A stretch of DNA of 64,000 bases from Callorhinchus milii. Lineage: Eukaryota. The notes under the pieces were generated by a model that did not search any database, had not been told where the DNA came from, and was given only the letters and a program-made list of their open reading frames with translations. Within the stretch, counting starts at the first letter, position 1; the number at the start of each line of letters is the position of its first letter. This document shows positions 23,207 to 36,500 of the stretch, one piece after another. A program made the translations under genes and the position numbers. The stretch is taken from the NCBI RefSeq assembly GCF_018977255.1, contig NW_024704743.1, forward strand, positions 85,686,001 through 85,750,000, given 5' to 3'.

Positions 23207-24807
23207 GTCTTCAGAAGTTGGGGAGAATTGTTTGCCGCCAATATATAGACATTCCATTTTGCAGTAAATCCTGTGAAGCCCTTTGAGATGTCCTCTTGAC
23301 TAGAAAGGTGCCATACTGAATGCAAGGATTATTATTATTGTATGATGGACTTGAATTAATAGAAACAGCTGAATTGCCACACTTCTGAAACCCACAATAA
23401 ATTAAAAACACATGTGTTGATGATAATTCAGTTCCACAAAATTGTGAGTTTTAAATGAAAGAATTTACCAAATAAATAAAGTTCACTAAAAGAATGTTGA
23501 AGATGGTCATATTATTTTAAGTATTTGAAATTTAAATGAAGTCCTTATGGAAGGATGATGTGATGGCATTGTGTACTGGAGCACCAAAACCAGATTTCCT
23601 GTTGTTTTAATTCTCATTAAAATGAGACGTGAAAGGCACTATACAAATGTCATTTGTTTTTGCTTGTATGCTCCAATACTGCCCCAAGGTAGATACTAAT
23701 CCAGTCCAATTTTGAATGTGTTAACATGCGGTTACCTACAAAATCTAGTCACTTTCAGATATTCTCCCGATGTGAAAGGCACTATATCAAATGCAAGGAA
23801 TTTTATTTATTATTATCCCACAGTAATACTTGTCACTTTTCCTTGAACCTTTTTGAAGATAGGGATTCTGAAACTGCAAGGAGTGGGGGTGGAAATTGTT
23901 GTGTATAATGTTTAAATTAACGCATCTGGTGTTAATTAACACGTTCATTGGAATTAGTGCCTTATGTTAATTAACACACCGACTGGTCCCAGGAGTGATG
24001 GAGTCCCACCCCCTTCAATTTTTCCAATGATCACAGTGGGAATCCAGCTACACTGGTTATTTTGGATAACAGACAAGGCTAAGAGAATTTCTTATCTTCT
24101 TACTGTCCAATAGCCAATATTAACAATGCAGCAGTTTGGGAACTACAATTGGTCTTAGTGGTCCCGAGTTAGGGAGGACAAAATGTCCTGGGATTTCTCT
24201 TGCTGATTGGTGACCAGAGAACCCTGCTGGAAGGACGCTTTTTCTGGTTTTAGAGTTGGGATAGGATTAAGTTTGGCTGAGAAACTCTCTGAGACATCTT
24301 AAAGACATGATAAAGGGCTACATCAAATGCAAGGATTATTATTATTTGCTCATTTATATACTCAGAGCCCCTATATATAAAAGGTTTCCATTTTTTTAAT
24401 GGTCTTGCCTTCTTGCACTCTGATTTTTAAAGACATATATCTGTGTGCCTGGGAATCTCCACTCCTTCACTATGGATGGAATATTACTATACAGGATTTA
24501 TTTCCTTTCTCTACCTCTTAAAATGCATCACTTGACATTTTTCTGCATTCTACTTGATTTGCTATGTATCAGCTCAATCCTCAAATTTATCTTAGATTAT
24601 GCTCATTTTTTCACTTCCTTCTTAGTTTCTCTTCTCACAAATTTTACATCATTGACTCCCTAAACTTTCCCTAGATGAGCACAGTCATTTTCTCCTTTGA
24701 AATAACAAAAATGTTGTGCCCTGTTTATGTTTACATGGAGAACAATCCTACCAAATATCTGAAGATAAAAATGTTTTTCAGGTTTGAAGTATTTCAGGAT
24801 CATTAAA

Positions 24808-25210
24808 TGTCAGCCTGGCTCAGTTGGTAGCCCTCTTGCCTCCAAGTCAAAAAGATGTAGGTTCAAGCCCTATGTCAGCATTCTGAGCTCACAGTGTAGG
24901 CTGATAATCGAATGCAATGTCTACATTGTGGAGGTGTTCTTCAGATGAGGCGTTAAACCTCTAAACCTGTTGAGGTGGACGTTATGGATCCAGTTGAACT
25001 GTTCAAAAACTGGGTGTCCTGGCCAACAGACTTCCTGATCAAATTGGTTATTCACTTGATGGCTATTTGTAGTGTAGTTCTGTGCACAAACTGGCTTCCA
25101 TGTTCGCCTACAAAAAAAGCAGTCACTGCACCTAACTGTAAATCCTGTGAAGTGAATTGAGATGTCTCCCAATGTGAAAGGCAAATGAAAGGATTCTTCT
25201 TATTATTATT
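24808..25210 (+). mobile_element. Deu-domain tRNA-SINE (family A, SacSINE1/AmnSINE-like)
   Basis: TGGCTCAGTTGG A box, GGTTCAAGCCC B box, Deu motifs GGAGGTG..CTTCAGATGAGGCGTTAAACC and CAGGTGGACGT-like, shared tail. Confidence 0.85.
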
Positions 25211-25374
25211 TCCCTGCAGTGACAGTAGTTTTGCACAGACTTTTCAACGCTTTTATCCGGAATTCAGAGTTTATGAATTTGTATTTGGAATCAGTAATTT
25301 ATATCCTATTCTCTTTTAATTGCTATCTCATTAAGACTACATGTAATTGCCCTTCAGATAAAATTATCAGGTTT

Positions 25375-25592
25375 ATAGAACTTTGAAGGTGAAGACCAAG
25401 GATCTTCAACTGTATCCTCTGTGTGATGGGAAGCCAGTGGAGTCAGGCGAGGATGGAGGTGATAGGTCACGTAGCCTGGTGCGGGAGAGGACATGAGCTG
25501 CAAAGTTCTGGATGATCTGCAGCCTATGGAGTTGGAGAGGCCGACAAGCAGGGAATTTGCATAGTCAAGCCTGGATGTTATGAATGCATGTA
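25375..25592 (-). mobile_element. L2 internal fragment fused to the end of the adjacent L2
   Basis: rc TCATACATGCATTCATAACATCCAGGCTTGAC... matches 42460-42680. Confidence 0.85.
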
Positions 25593-27660
25593 TGAGGAAT
25601 GGAGTTCCAAAGGGTGGGGGCAGAGAGGCTGAAAGCCCGGTCGCCGATGGTAGGGCGGGTCGCGCGGGAGACCTGGAGCAGGACAGAGCCTGCTGAGCAG
25701 AGGGAGCGGACAGGTTGATAGGTGGTCAGCAGGTCAGAGAGGGTCAAGGCTGTGGAGGGCCTTGAAAGTGAGGACGAGGATTTTGAATTCTATCCTCTGA
25801 GGGATGGGGAGCCAGTGGAGCCGGGTGAGGGTGGTGGTGATGGGGTCATGGAGCTTGGTGCAGGAGAGGACACGAGCTGCAGATTTCTGGATGCTCTGCA
25901 GCTTGTGGTGGGAAGAGTTGGGGAGGCTGACAAGAAGGGGGTTTCCGTAGTCGAGCCTTGAGGTGATGAATGAGTGTATGAGGGTTTTGGCGGCCTGAGG
26001 GGGTGAGGCAGTGGCAGAGTCGGGCAATATTGCGGAGGTTGGGGAAAGCAGAGTGGATCATGGCACAGATGTGGAGTAGAAAGGATAGTTGAGTGTCAAT
26101 CAAGACGCCAAGGTTCTGGACTGGCTCAGTGAGGTGGAGTGTGCATTCTTGGATAGTGATGCTGTCAGTGTCTGAGGTGTGGAGGCGCTGACAGGAGCCA
26201 ATCAGGAGAGCCTCGGTCTTGTTGACGTTCAACTGAAGAAAGTTAGCTCTCATCAGACTTGATGTCTGACAGACATTCTGTTAGGACAGCAGTGGTCCTG
26301 GAGTTGAGGGTAGAGGCAGAGAGATACAGTTGGGTACCATTCGCATACATGTGGAAGTTAACCCCATGTCTGCGGATGATGTCACCAAGATGGAGCATAT
26401 AGATATTGAAGAGGAGGGGACCAAGGACAGAGCTCTGAGGCTCACTGCACGAGACGTGCAGGGCCTAGAGAAGAAGCCATTTGTGGAGATGAAGTGGAGA
26501 TAGTGTGAGAGACAGGAACTGAGCCATTCAAGGACAGAACCATGAAGGTTGAGGTGAGAGGTCAAGCGGTGGATGAGGCTAGAGTGGTCAACGGTATCGA
26601 AGGCAGCAGAGAGGCCAAGGAGGATGAGGAGATAGAGAGAGCCCTGGTCGCAGATGGACACAATGTCATTTGTCACTTTGACCAGACCCCTACCCATCCC
26701 TCTCTCAACACCTTCATTTCTGTGCTGTGGGAGTCACGTAAACCCAATTGGAGGTGTTCGTGAAGGGAATGGCGGGAGAGGAAGGAGCAAAGCTGGGAAG
26801 CAACAACTCGTTCCAGGACCTTGGAAAGGAAAGGGAGATTGGAGATAGGGCGGTAGTTTGAGAGCAGGAACGGGTCCAGGGAGGGTTTTTTAAGGATAGG
26901 AGTGTGTTTTTAAAGTGGTGGGAATGGTGTCAGTGGACAGGGAGAGGTTTATGATGTCTGTAAGTAGAGGGGCAAGGAGGTGGAGCTCGGAGGTAAGGAG
27001 AGGGGTACGGATGGGGTAGAGGGAGCAAGTGGTCATTTTCATGTGGGTTATAGTGATGGTGAGAGAGGAGTGGGAGACAGGTTTGAAGGTGCGGAGAGTG
27101 ATGGATAGGGGTCGGGGTGTGAGGGGGAGATGGGGAGGAGGTAGTAGACGGAAGGGCAGAGACAGCTGAGCGGATCCCCTTGACTTTGGTTTCGAGTATG
27201 TCCAGCATCGCCTCGCAGTTGGCATTGGAGGTGAGGAAGTGCGAGGCATGAGAAGGTGGGCGGAGGAGCCGGTTGGTGATGAAGAAGAGGTGCCTAGGGT
27301 TGTCCTTGGACTCCACGATTGTCTTGGAGTAGAACAATGATTTGGCAGAGGCGAGGGTGGAGTGGTAAGATTTGATAAGGTCCAGCCAGATCAGCTGATA
27401 GACTGTTAAGTTGGATTTGAACCAGGTGCGTTCAGCGGCACACATCTGTGCCTTAAGGGCACTGAGGTGGCTGGTGTACCATGGTGACTTTTGTGAGTAG
27501 GAGATGGTTTGGAAAGCGAGGGGAGCAAGGGTACCGAGAGTGGTGGAGAGGGAGTTGTGGAGGAGAGTGACCGAGAAGGATAGATAATTGCGGGAGGAAC
27601 CCAAAGGGGGAGGAGTTCGGGTGACTCTAAGGCAGTGGAGAGGAAGAGAGCTAAAGTTCT
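25593..27660 (-). mobile_element. L2 LINE, 5'-truncated decayed copy with RT remnants
   Basis: Collinear with 2755-4795: [51 protein letters not shown]. Many frameshifts; 3' tail missing. Confidence 0.95.
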
Positions 27661-30254
27661 TGTGGGCACAGTAAACGCATTTAATTTTATTTTTAGAGGT
27701 TTTATAAGGACATGGTTTAGACACAAAAAAGGGATCTACACGGTAGAGTTTAAAAGAAAACCCAAAGCAGGAAAGACAATATTTTAACATTTCATCATAT
27801 TCGTTTTGTTTCCTTTCCCTGAAATAGAATTTCCCTGCAGATATTTATCCTAAAATGTTTTACCCAGAAAAGATCAATGGTATCTATCTGTCAGACCTAT
27901 TTTTTAATACAAAACACATTTACCTAATGCCTTCATGTTGGGAGTCCAAAGCACTTAATATACTTAATATACTGTAACAGACTCTGAGGACTGGCAGTGA
28001 GGAAGGCAACTATGGAAGGCTTTTGGGTTGTGCAGAGAAGATGACCAAGTCCCCAGAAAGTCTCTCTCTCTGGGACTGCAGGAAGGAAGCCGTGGCTCAG
28101 GAGAATGAAGGAAGTAGGAGTTCTAAATGCTCTAACTTTCCCTGAAACACTCTTCCATCGTTAAACATTCTTCCATTTGTTCCTAATAATTCTACATTTT
28201 CAAACTTGTCTGTGGCCAAGATAGGTGTCCTTCAAACACCTGGTCCTGCCTCAATTGTTCACTTTATAATTTATGAGACATCAGATTTGCTAGCCCTCAT
28301 CTAGTAATCTCCCTTGGAATTGTTTATGTGCCTTATGTTGTTTAGATACAATGTCCAACTCCTTCCCTATTACATATTTGAACAACTTTCACTGGGGTCT
28401 GCATTCGCCACAGATAGAATCAAAGAATGTCCAACACGGAAATAGGCCATTCAGCCTGCTAAGTCTTGCTTTATCTACATAACCATTTAATCACCCTCCC
28501 GAACTCTTTAAGTTTCCTTTTTTCAAACTTCTATCATTTTCCCTGTACGTTCCTTACATCAGCTCTTGGAGTTTCCAATATGAGTGTATGTTTCTAGGCT
28601 GCGAACAGCCATTGCTTTAATGTCTAATTAACTACTATAGTGAAGAATAAGAACAGACCTTCAAAGCACCTTCATCTCTTCAAAAACTCAGGAATCCATA
28701 TCCATTAACAGCTTCACGACCACTTTTCTTTAAGTATGCACACCAGTTTATGTGCCACTAATGGTGCCACTGTTATGCCTAATGATCTGTGCACATTAAA
28801 CCCTTTATCTATGCAGATGGAGCTGGGCCATCATGGGTTCTGGGGAGAGTGACGACTGCTCCTGCACACTGATGTCCCACATCCACCATGAGTCCAGCAC
28901 AGAGGAAGGGACATCACGAGAAGCCCAATGTACATAATATCCTCCCTAACAAGAATATTTACATATCTGTAGTATGCCCAGTGGAGGGCGCAGAAGCAGG
29001 TATGTTATTTCCTTTCAGCATGCAAATGAAGGAATTTGTTCCATTGAATAATAATCTGCCCTTTCTGTGAGCTGTGATGCACTTACAAATGCATGAAATT
29101 GATGGCTTTTGTATACCAATTTATTTTTATTTGGCCTTTACTGATTTCAGTATTATGGAATACTATTTTAAGCTAAGTTGGGTACTGATTTGCAGTCTAC
29201 TCTGGGTGTTGGCTTTGCATACTAGATTGAGAATGTCTTACAGATTGAGTTTCATGTTAAATTAGCAGATGAGTAGCATCATATTTGAGTTTGTGTTAGT
29301 GTCGAGCCAACCATTGCTGTGACAAGGACAGGACACAATATGAAATTGCTGACAACAAGCAAAAGGTACGAATGCAACTATCTGAGCTGAGAAGGAGAAC
29401 AGAGGTGTAATGGGTGCAAATCTTCTTCTATCTATTTCTATCTTCTATTTAGACTAATAAAATGACAATGTCTGTTTGCGCTTCAAGAAGGATCTCAATA
29501 ACTGATTGAAGTAGAGACGTGATTTATACCTCATTGTGAAGGTCTTGCATCTGGGAGTGATATGGGGATTTTTTTGGGGGTATCTCTTATCATTCATGAG
29601 TTATTTACAGTTTTGCATTTTTCACTGCAGTTACATCTGGTGGCCGCCAAGTCAAAGTGGCGTTGTGGCATTGTGCGTCACAGAGCTTGTACGTATGTAC
29701 ATATGCATTGCAGTTACACCTGGTGGCCAGGCCGGCAGACCATGGCGCTGTGGCATCCTATGTTACAGAGCACGCATGTAGCCAAGCAGCAGGAACAAAA
29801 TAAAGAACGCAGGTGAAGCTAAGCCAGGGCAACAACAACAAAATTAAATTTTTAAAGCCCCGAGTCTTCCCACTGAGTCCTCCCACAGGAGTCCTCCCAG
29901 ATGAGTATAGATAAAGATGAACTGTGTGTCTGTCTATGTGTCAATCTACATTCCATATTGGATCCTTTGGTTGCAAGCACAACTGCAATGGGTACAGCTA
30001 ATATCCAATAAAGAGGGCACATTGCATTCAATAAAGCTTGTAAATATTCAAAACTGTCTTACATGCAATTGTGCGTTTTTATAATATATGCATATATGTG
30101 ATGCTATTAGTCCAGAGACACTTAAATAGGCAGACATTAGGCATAGTAAACTCACTTCTTGATTGAAAATGACTTTAGGAACATAGACTTGTACAGGACC
30201 ATATAAGAGTCTTGATGGCATTGATGGCCACTATACTGGTTCCAAATTATGATG

Positions 30255-30955
30255 ATAATAATAAGAATCCTTGCATTTGATATAACACCTTATCTTCGAG
30301 ACATGATTTTAAAACTCAGTGCTCCATATTAATAATGGTTCTTTGTAGGATCTTGCTGGAACAAGTTACTGTTCAATTTTTTGCAGGCAAAATAAACAGT
30401 TACTGCTCTTGACCATAATTGAAGTTTTGAGACAATTCATTGTGATGAAGTACTATAAAAAGGCCTTTTTTCTCTTTTTTATGTAGGCTTTAACTTTTAA
30501 GATTTTTTTCAGACTTTTAAGAGCTTTTCAATGGTGTCAAAATACAATATTCAGAAAACAGATTTGAGTTGGTCATTGTAATTCTTGTTTCCTTGTTAAT
30601 TTTGCCTTTTCTTTTCTTGACTCTTATGGGCTTGGGATTCGTGATTAACCATTTAATGTATATCACAATCTAGATTTGCAAGCCGTAAATCACAATTATC
30701 AAGATGAATCCAGTTTGCGAACATCACATTTTAGACCCCAATATTGGATAGGAATCTTTAACAGCCAACTTGCCAATTCAGTATCTTTGGTGCCGTATAA
30801 TAATAAAAAAATAATGCTTGCATTTGCCTTATCAAGTCACTAAAATATCTCAAAACCCTTGACAGGATTCATGATAAAATGGAGTGACTGTGTATTTTTT
30901 AGGTGAATACTGCAGCTAATTTGCACATAGCAATGTCCCATAAACAACCATGATG
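30255..30955. mobile_element. Several decayed SINE tails
   Basis: ATCCTTGCATTTGATAT at ~30268; Deu 3' body (+) at ~30335-30480; minus-strand copy at ~30800-30955. Confidence 0.65.
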
Positions 30956-31832
30956 TGTAAATCTTGAGTTATTGAGCATGAAGCATTTCGTTCTGAATAA
31001 GATGTACAACATCTGCATTTTGCAGCAAATTCCATGCAAATTATTTAATGTTCATTTATTCTCGGCTCGTTTCGCTTCAAATGGCAAGACAATTGCTCTA
31101 TTATCAGATTTCTTTCTAACTATGCATGTAATCTATGATTAAGGAATATTTAAACACTATAATTTACACAACTACACACTGTTACATTAGTCATTAACAA
31201 CATGAATGCATGGTGATCATCGCTAGCTATTTAAAACACAACACAAGCAGAAAAATCAGGGTTGACAGAAGGGTGAGGAATGTTTAATTGAACAGAGTAA
31301 GGATGATGATTTCTTATTTAATTTAGCACAAGAACATTTTTATTCTGATACATGGATTGTTATTCAAAATTCAGCTGAATAATAAAGCATAAACATCAGT
31401 GGTTTGATCATAAATTATGATCATTCAGAAAAGTTTAAACTAAACAATTGCAGGTTGGTGAGCTGGGAAAAAGAACAGCGCTGAGCTCATGTTCATTTCA
31501 AGCAGAGGCTCTCGCGTAAGACATTAAAAAAGGTCGTCCTGCACAGTTAGACACATTCTATATCTAAATTTCACATGTGAAGCGTGTGGTTTTAAGATCA
31601 ATTATATGTTGCCAGAATTAATCTAGTGAATCTCTGTCATCACCTTTAAAGAATAATGATCACTGTTTTTATCTATCTTTAAATCCCACCTCTTTGACCA
31701 CGTCTATGGTCACCTCCCTCTCCCCCTTCACCCTTGGTCAGCGTCTAACTGCGCCATTGTGCAGTGCTCTGAGACGCAATCCTGTGTGAAGTACACTATA
31801 TAACTGTAATGGTGTTCTCATGCTGCCTCATA

Positions 31833-32206
31833 TGTCAGTCTGTCTCAGTTGGTTTTATCCCCACCTCTGAATGTGAAGGTTATGGGTTCAAGCACTGTAA
31901 GCATAGTCCTAGGATATTCCTGTGTTTTGGGAAATTACACATTGGACTAATTTAGATAAGATGTTAAGCTCATCCCATACCGACTGCCCGGTGTGAAGGG
32001 AGATTCTCCCGGTGTCTTGGCCAATAATTCTCCAGATAAAATTGGTAAATCACTTCCTGGCTATTTGTGAAATGTTGCTGAGCACAAATGGACTTTGGGG
32101 TTTGCCTATAAATACAGTCACAGCAGTTTCAGTAAAAGTCTGAAGTGCTTTGAGACATCTCTATGAAGTAATAAAGTGCTATATAACATGCAAAGATTAT
32201 TATTAT
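31833..32206 (+). mobile_element. Deu-domain SINE (family A), decayed
   Basis: Same head (TGTCAGTCTGTCTCAGTTGG...GGGTTCAAGC), body and tail as 24808 and 39610. Confidence 0.8.
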
Positions 32207-33069
32207 CCCAGAATGGTGTCTCATGCAATAACAGAATAATGTTTTGTAGTATCTCACAATGCTGTTTCATGGAACCCACAACACTATTCCAAAAGATAAA
32301 GAAGATTCCCGTGACATCCCGGACAACAGACCTTCTGATTAATTGCTCCATGACCTCTTGGCATCTTGATGATTTGGCTGCAATAACGGTCACCAGGCTT
32401 AACAATAATTACTTGCGAAATATTTTGAGATATTTCAATATAATCCCTATGACTGGAGTTTTGCTTTGTTTTATTTTATGTATCAAGAGACAAAATAGAA
32501 TGGAACAAATCTAAGAGAGAGTTTGCGGGTTGCAGTAAAGTGGGCTTAATGGACTGTAGGAATGTTTCTCCTTCCATACATCATTATGTTATTTTCTTCA
32601 TCTTTCCTTCAGGATATAGAAACTCTGGAATAGCAACTCAGTGTTTGACTACCAACTTAGTCTCCAGTTGTCTGATGTTAGACGTTATACTGTAATATTG
32701 TATTGGTTTTGTTGTGGCAGTAATATGTTTGACTTGATGAAATGCTTTAAAAAGCACTAAATGAAAAAGCCCTTGGCAAACCTTTCTATTTATTTGTGGA
32801 AGTAGAAAGGCCAGAGGAACAATATTGATTCTTGTCTCAATGGGATCATCTGTAAGGGACACAGCTTACCTTTCAATGAGATATTGAAAGTTTATTAACA
32901 AATCAGTAAGTTCATTGATCAGTAAATCATTGAAAGCTAATTAACAAACAACATTGTGTATATGTTGATTAACAAATAAAAGCTTTGCCAAACACTTCTT
33001 CGGGACAAGAATTATTTACAAAATTACACTTTGTGCCTGAGCAGGTTCAAGCACCCATATTCATGCTGG

Positions 33070-33560
33070 ATAGCCTTTAAAGCCTTTTTTTCTCAGATAT
33101 TCATCCAATTGCCTTTTAAATTATATTATAGACTTGGTTTCAACAACCAGTTGTGGTAAAGTATTTTGTATTCTGACAAACCTCTGTGTAAAATAAAAGT
33201 CTTTGTCACTGACACACTAATCACTGGAAATAGTCTTTCTCTATTTGCTATATATAAACCAGTCATCATTTTGAAAGCCATTACTATATCCCTCACTTAA
33301 ACTTCTTTATTCAAAAAACCCCATTATATTCTAACATTTTAAGTCTTTCCACGTAACATTAACCTCCCATCACTGGCATCATACTAATGAACCTCCATTG
33401 TACACTTTACTTGCCTTTGGGATTTTATAATAAAGTGCCTAAAACTGAATGTAATACTCAACTACAGGATATCCAATATCGTACAAATTTAACATTACCT
33501 GCTTGCTCTCATTTTTATTGCTCCTATACATAAAACCTAGAATTCCATCTTCTTTGTTTA
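33070..33560 (-). mobile_element. Decayed CR1 3' fragment
   Basis: rc resembles the CR1 C-terminus (TTGAGTATTACATTCAGTTTTAGGCAC...). Confidence 0.7.
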
Positions 33561-34185
33561 CATTTCTGATAATGAAGAAATACCATGGAATCGGTGCTGG
33601 GACATATTAGTATCCAAATCCTATTTATCTTAATACAGTACTTTGAGTACTGATTGTGCAATATAAGCTAAATGGTAAATGCAGTAACTGAAACATTTAT
33701 AAGACTCAACTCTTTAGTTACTGTTATAAAAACATTATAATTCTTCATTCTGTTTTCTATTACATTCCTTTCACTTCCTTTCACACTCTGGCTATGCTCT
33801 CTCTCTCTCAGACCGTGGTTTCTGCTCAGAACATACTACATTCAATATGTCCCATCTCCCCAGGTCACAATTTACCTAAATATTTTCCAGACAAATACGC
33901 AGTCACTGCACTTCACAGTAAAATCTTGTGAAGTGCTTTGAAATGACATGATAAGATACTGTATCAAATGCAAGGATTGTTGTTATATTATTAAATTAGG
34001 GTGGATAAAGGCTACAGGGTATGTAGCTTATGTTGTACATAGATTATTGGAAGAACTAGCATTTTCATAGCACCTTATCACATCAAAAACATGTTACAGT
34101 AATTGCTGTCACAGATAGTGACTTGTGAGGATGTACCAGCCATTTTCTGTGTACAGCACATCTCTGACAAGAAAGCATGTTTGGG

Positions 34186-34436
34186 CAACAACAAAATTAC
34201 ATTTATAGAGGGCCTTTCACATTGGGAGTACGTCCCAAAGCACTGAACAGTCAGGGTTCAGGACCCGAGCATGGGGGAGGGGGGGTGGTGTAGGGGTGAG
34301 GGAAGGCAGAGAGGTGGGAGGGTGACCAAAGGCACGATCGAAGAGAAAGGTCTTGAGACTGGCCTTGAAGGAAGCAAGGGAGGAAGCGAGGCGAAGGGAC
34401 TGTGGGATGGAGTTCTTGAACTTGATCCTCTGGGGC
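34186..34436 (-). mobile_element. L2 3' end with internal deletion
   Basis: rc CCCCAGAGGATCAAGTTCAAG joined directly to AACTCCATCCCACAGTCC; intact tail. Confidence 0.9.
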
Positions 34437-34616
34437 AAGAAACTCCCTTCTCTTTTTAAATTGTGTCTTTAACACTGACCTGCAGAACAGGCACCTTATC
34501 TGATGAACAACACTTCCAATAACAGAGAGCAAATGTAATGTCATTGACAGTCTAGATATGAGGCTTGAACCCACAACCTTTGGATTCAGAGTCAAGCAGG
34601 CTGCAAACTGAGCTAC
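34437..34616 (-). mobile_element. Deu-SINE 5' half (family A)
   Basis: rc TAGCTCAGTTTG...TGAATCCAAAGGTTGTGGGTTCAAGCC...GGAAGTGTTG. Confidence 0.7.
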
Positions 34617-36500
34617 AATGATTTTTCAACAGATGGAAAGATATGCCAAATCACAGGAAGATAGATAAACAGGCATCTAGTACTTACGTAGCAACAATTT
34701 TTATTTATATATTTTGTGTAAAAGATACATCTCAAATTGCTTTGCAGAATTACATTAATTAGAAATTAATGCCTTGTTACTGAGATAAACACAGTAATTT
34801 TTTTGTCAGCAATCTCAAATAGATGGACATAGAGGGCTATTTCATGCTGATCACTGTTTCCATCTACATCCCATTATAAAGGTGTTGTAAAAATACTGCA
34901 ATATTTAGCAACACTTGCAAATTTCCCCCATGCAGTTTTGTTAGTAGTACTTTTTATAGAACAGAAAGTTTGCTGTAAACTGAAATTCCTGTTATTGAGG
35001 ATTGGTTGTAATTCAATTAAAATTAAATAAAAAATTAAGGCACAGAAGCAGTCACTAAAGCAATTAGAACAAAAACAAATCATAGTATCAGCGGTTAATA
35101 GTTAAATGCATTATTAAATAAAAATAATCCTATCTGTGTACTTTACTGAGATAATGTGACCCATCAGCTACTGTTCATCTTATACTAGGAGTCTATTAAT
35201 CCATCCCAAGGGATGTTTGTCTATGGATCAGTAATATGCTTAATAGCGTACCACAGGAAAACAGTACTTTGTATTCCTAAGTTGGAATGCTTTTGAGAAA
35301 AGAAAATCTGTATTTCAAATATGTCACAGCTTGATCTTATCAAAGGTCAAGAAATTAGTTTTGCCGCTAAGGATGATATGCCGACCATGTGGGTTTTCCC
35401 ATTATAAGCACAAAGAGTCAACACTGCTTCATTTAGCAGCATAATAAGGCTTTCTTTGATGTGTTTGTGTTTCAGGAATAAATATAGATAAATCTGTTGA
35501 TTATCAAATTGATCTTCTCTGACTTGCTCTTCAGTGGAGGAGTTGGGACGTCCTCCCGACATGAAAGGCGCTATACAAATGTAATCTTGCTGTTGTTGGT
35601 GCATGTTCGAAAGACAATAGCTGCTGATATAAAATTGTGCTTTTGCTCAAATTAGCTGTGTGGCAGTAAAGCCTTTTAACAATGTCAAACTCTCCCAACA
35701 AAGATTCATGATCTTTCATTTTAATTCACTTTAAATTAGATCAGCCAGCCCTGAGCAGTAATAAATAAACTTGGCTGATCACCTTGGGATAAATAAAGCA
35801 ATTAAAATAATATTCTGAATCCTTGTTTTTCTCAGTTAATGCAATTTTCTTTGCAACTGATTTACTTTGTGGGAATACTCTGTAGACCACAATAATTTCA
35901 GTCCAGAAAAATATTCCAAAGAATGATTTTGTATAGTTTTCTCACAAAATTCAGGCACCCTCCTGCACATATTTAAATAGTAATAAGAAAGCAGCAAACT
36001 ATTAAAGACTCAAAAATGCACATGATATTCCAGACATGACTGTTTGTTTCCTAGGTAATGGATCCCATAATGAATTTTGTTGCTTTCCAGTTCAATCTAA
36101 TGGCATGTTCTGTATTTGTAATATACTGATTTACATAATGCTATTTCATGATAATGAAGCATTGTGAATCCTCACAAATAACCTCTTTGAAATTCTTGCC
36201 ATGTTTTTGTTTCATTGCCCTTTTCTGAATAACAAATAGCTAAATTGGTAGTGATTAGCTGGTAATTTAACTACTGAGTACAGCTTCATTGCAGGTAAGA
36301 GTAAAACATTTTTCATTGTTTTGTTAAGCTATTATTTTTATTCTAAGGAGAAGTGGTCATACATAATACAAATGCTTGCAATATAGTCTAAATCTAAATT
36401 ACTAGTCTAAAAGTGGATCAGAGAAGAAACATTGCAGATGCCAGAATACACTTTAAAGTGAATTGACTATATATTTTGTGGGCGAAATGTGTATTAGTTT

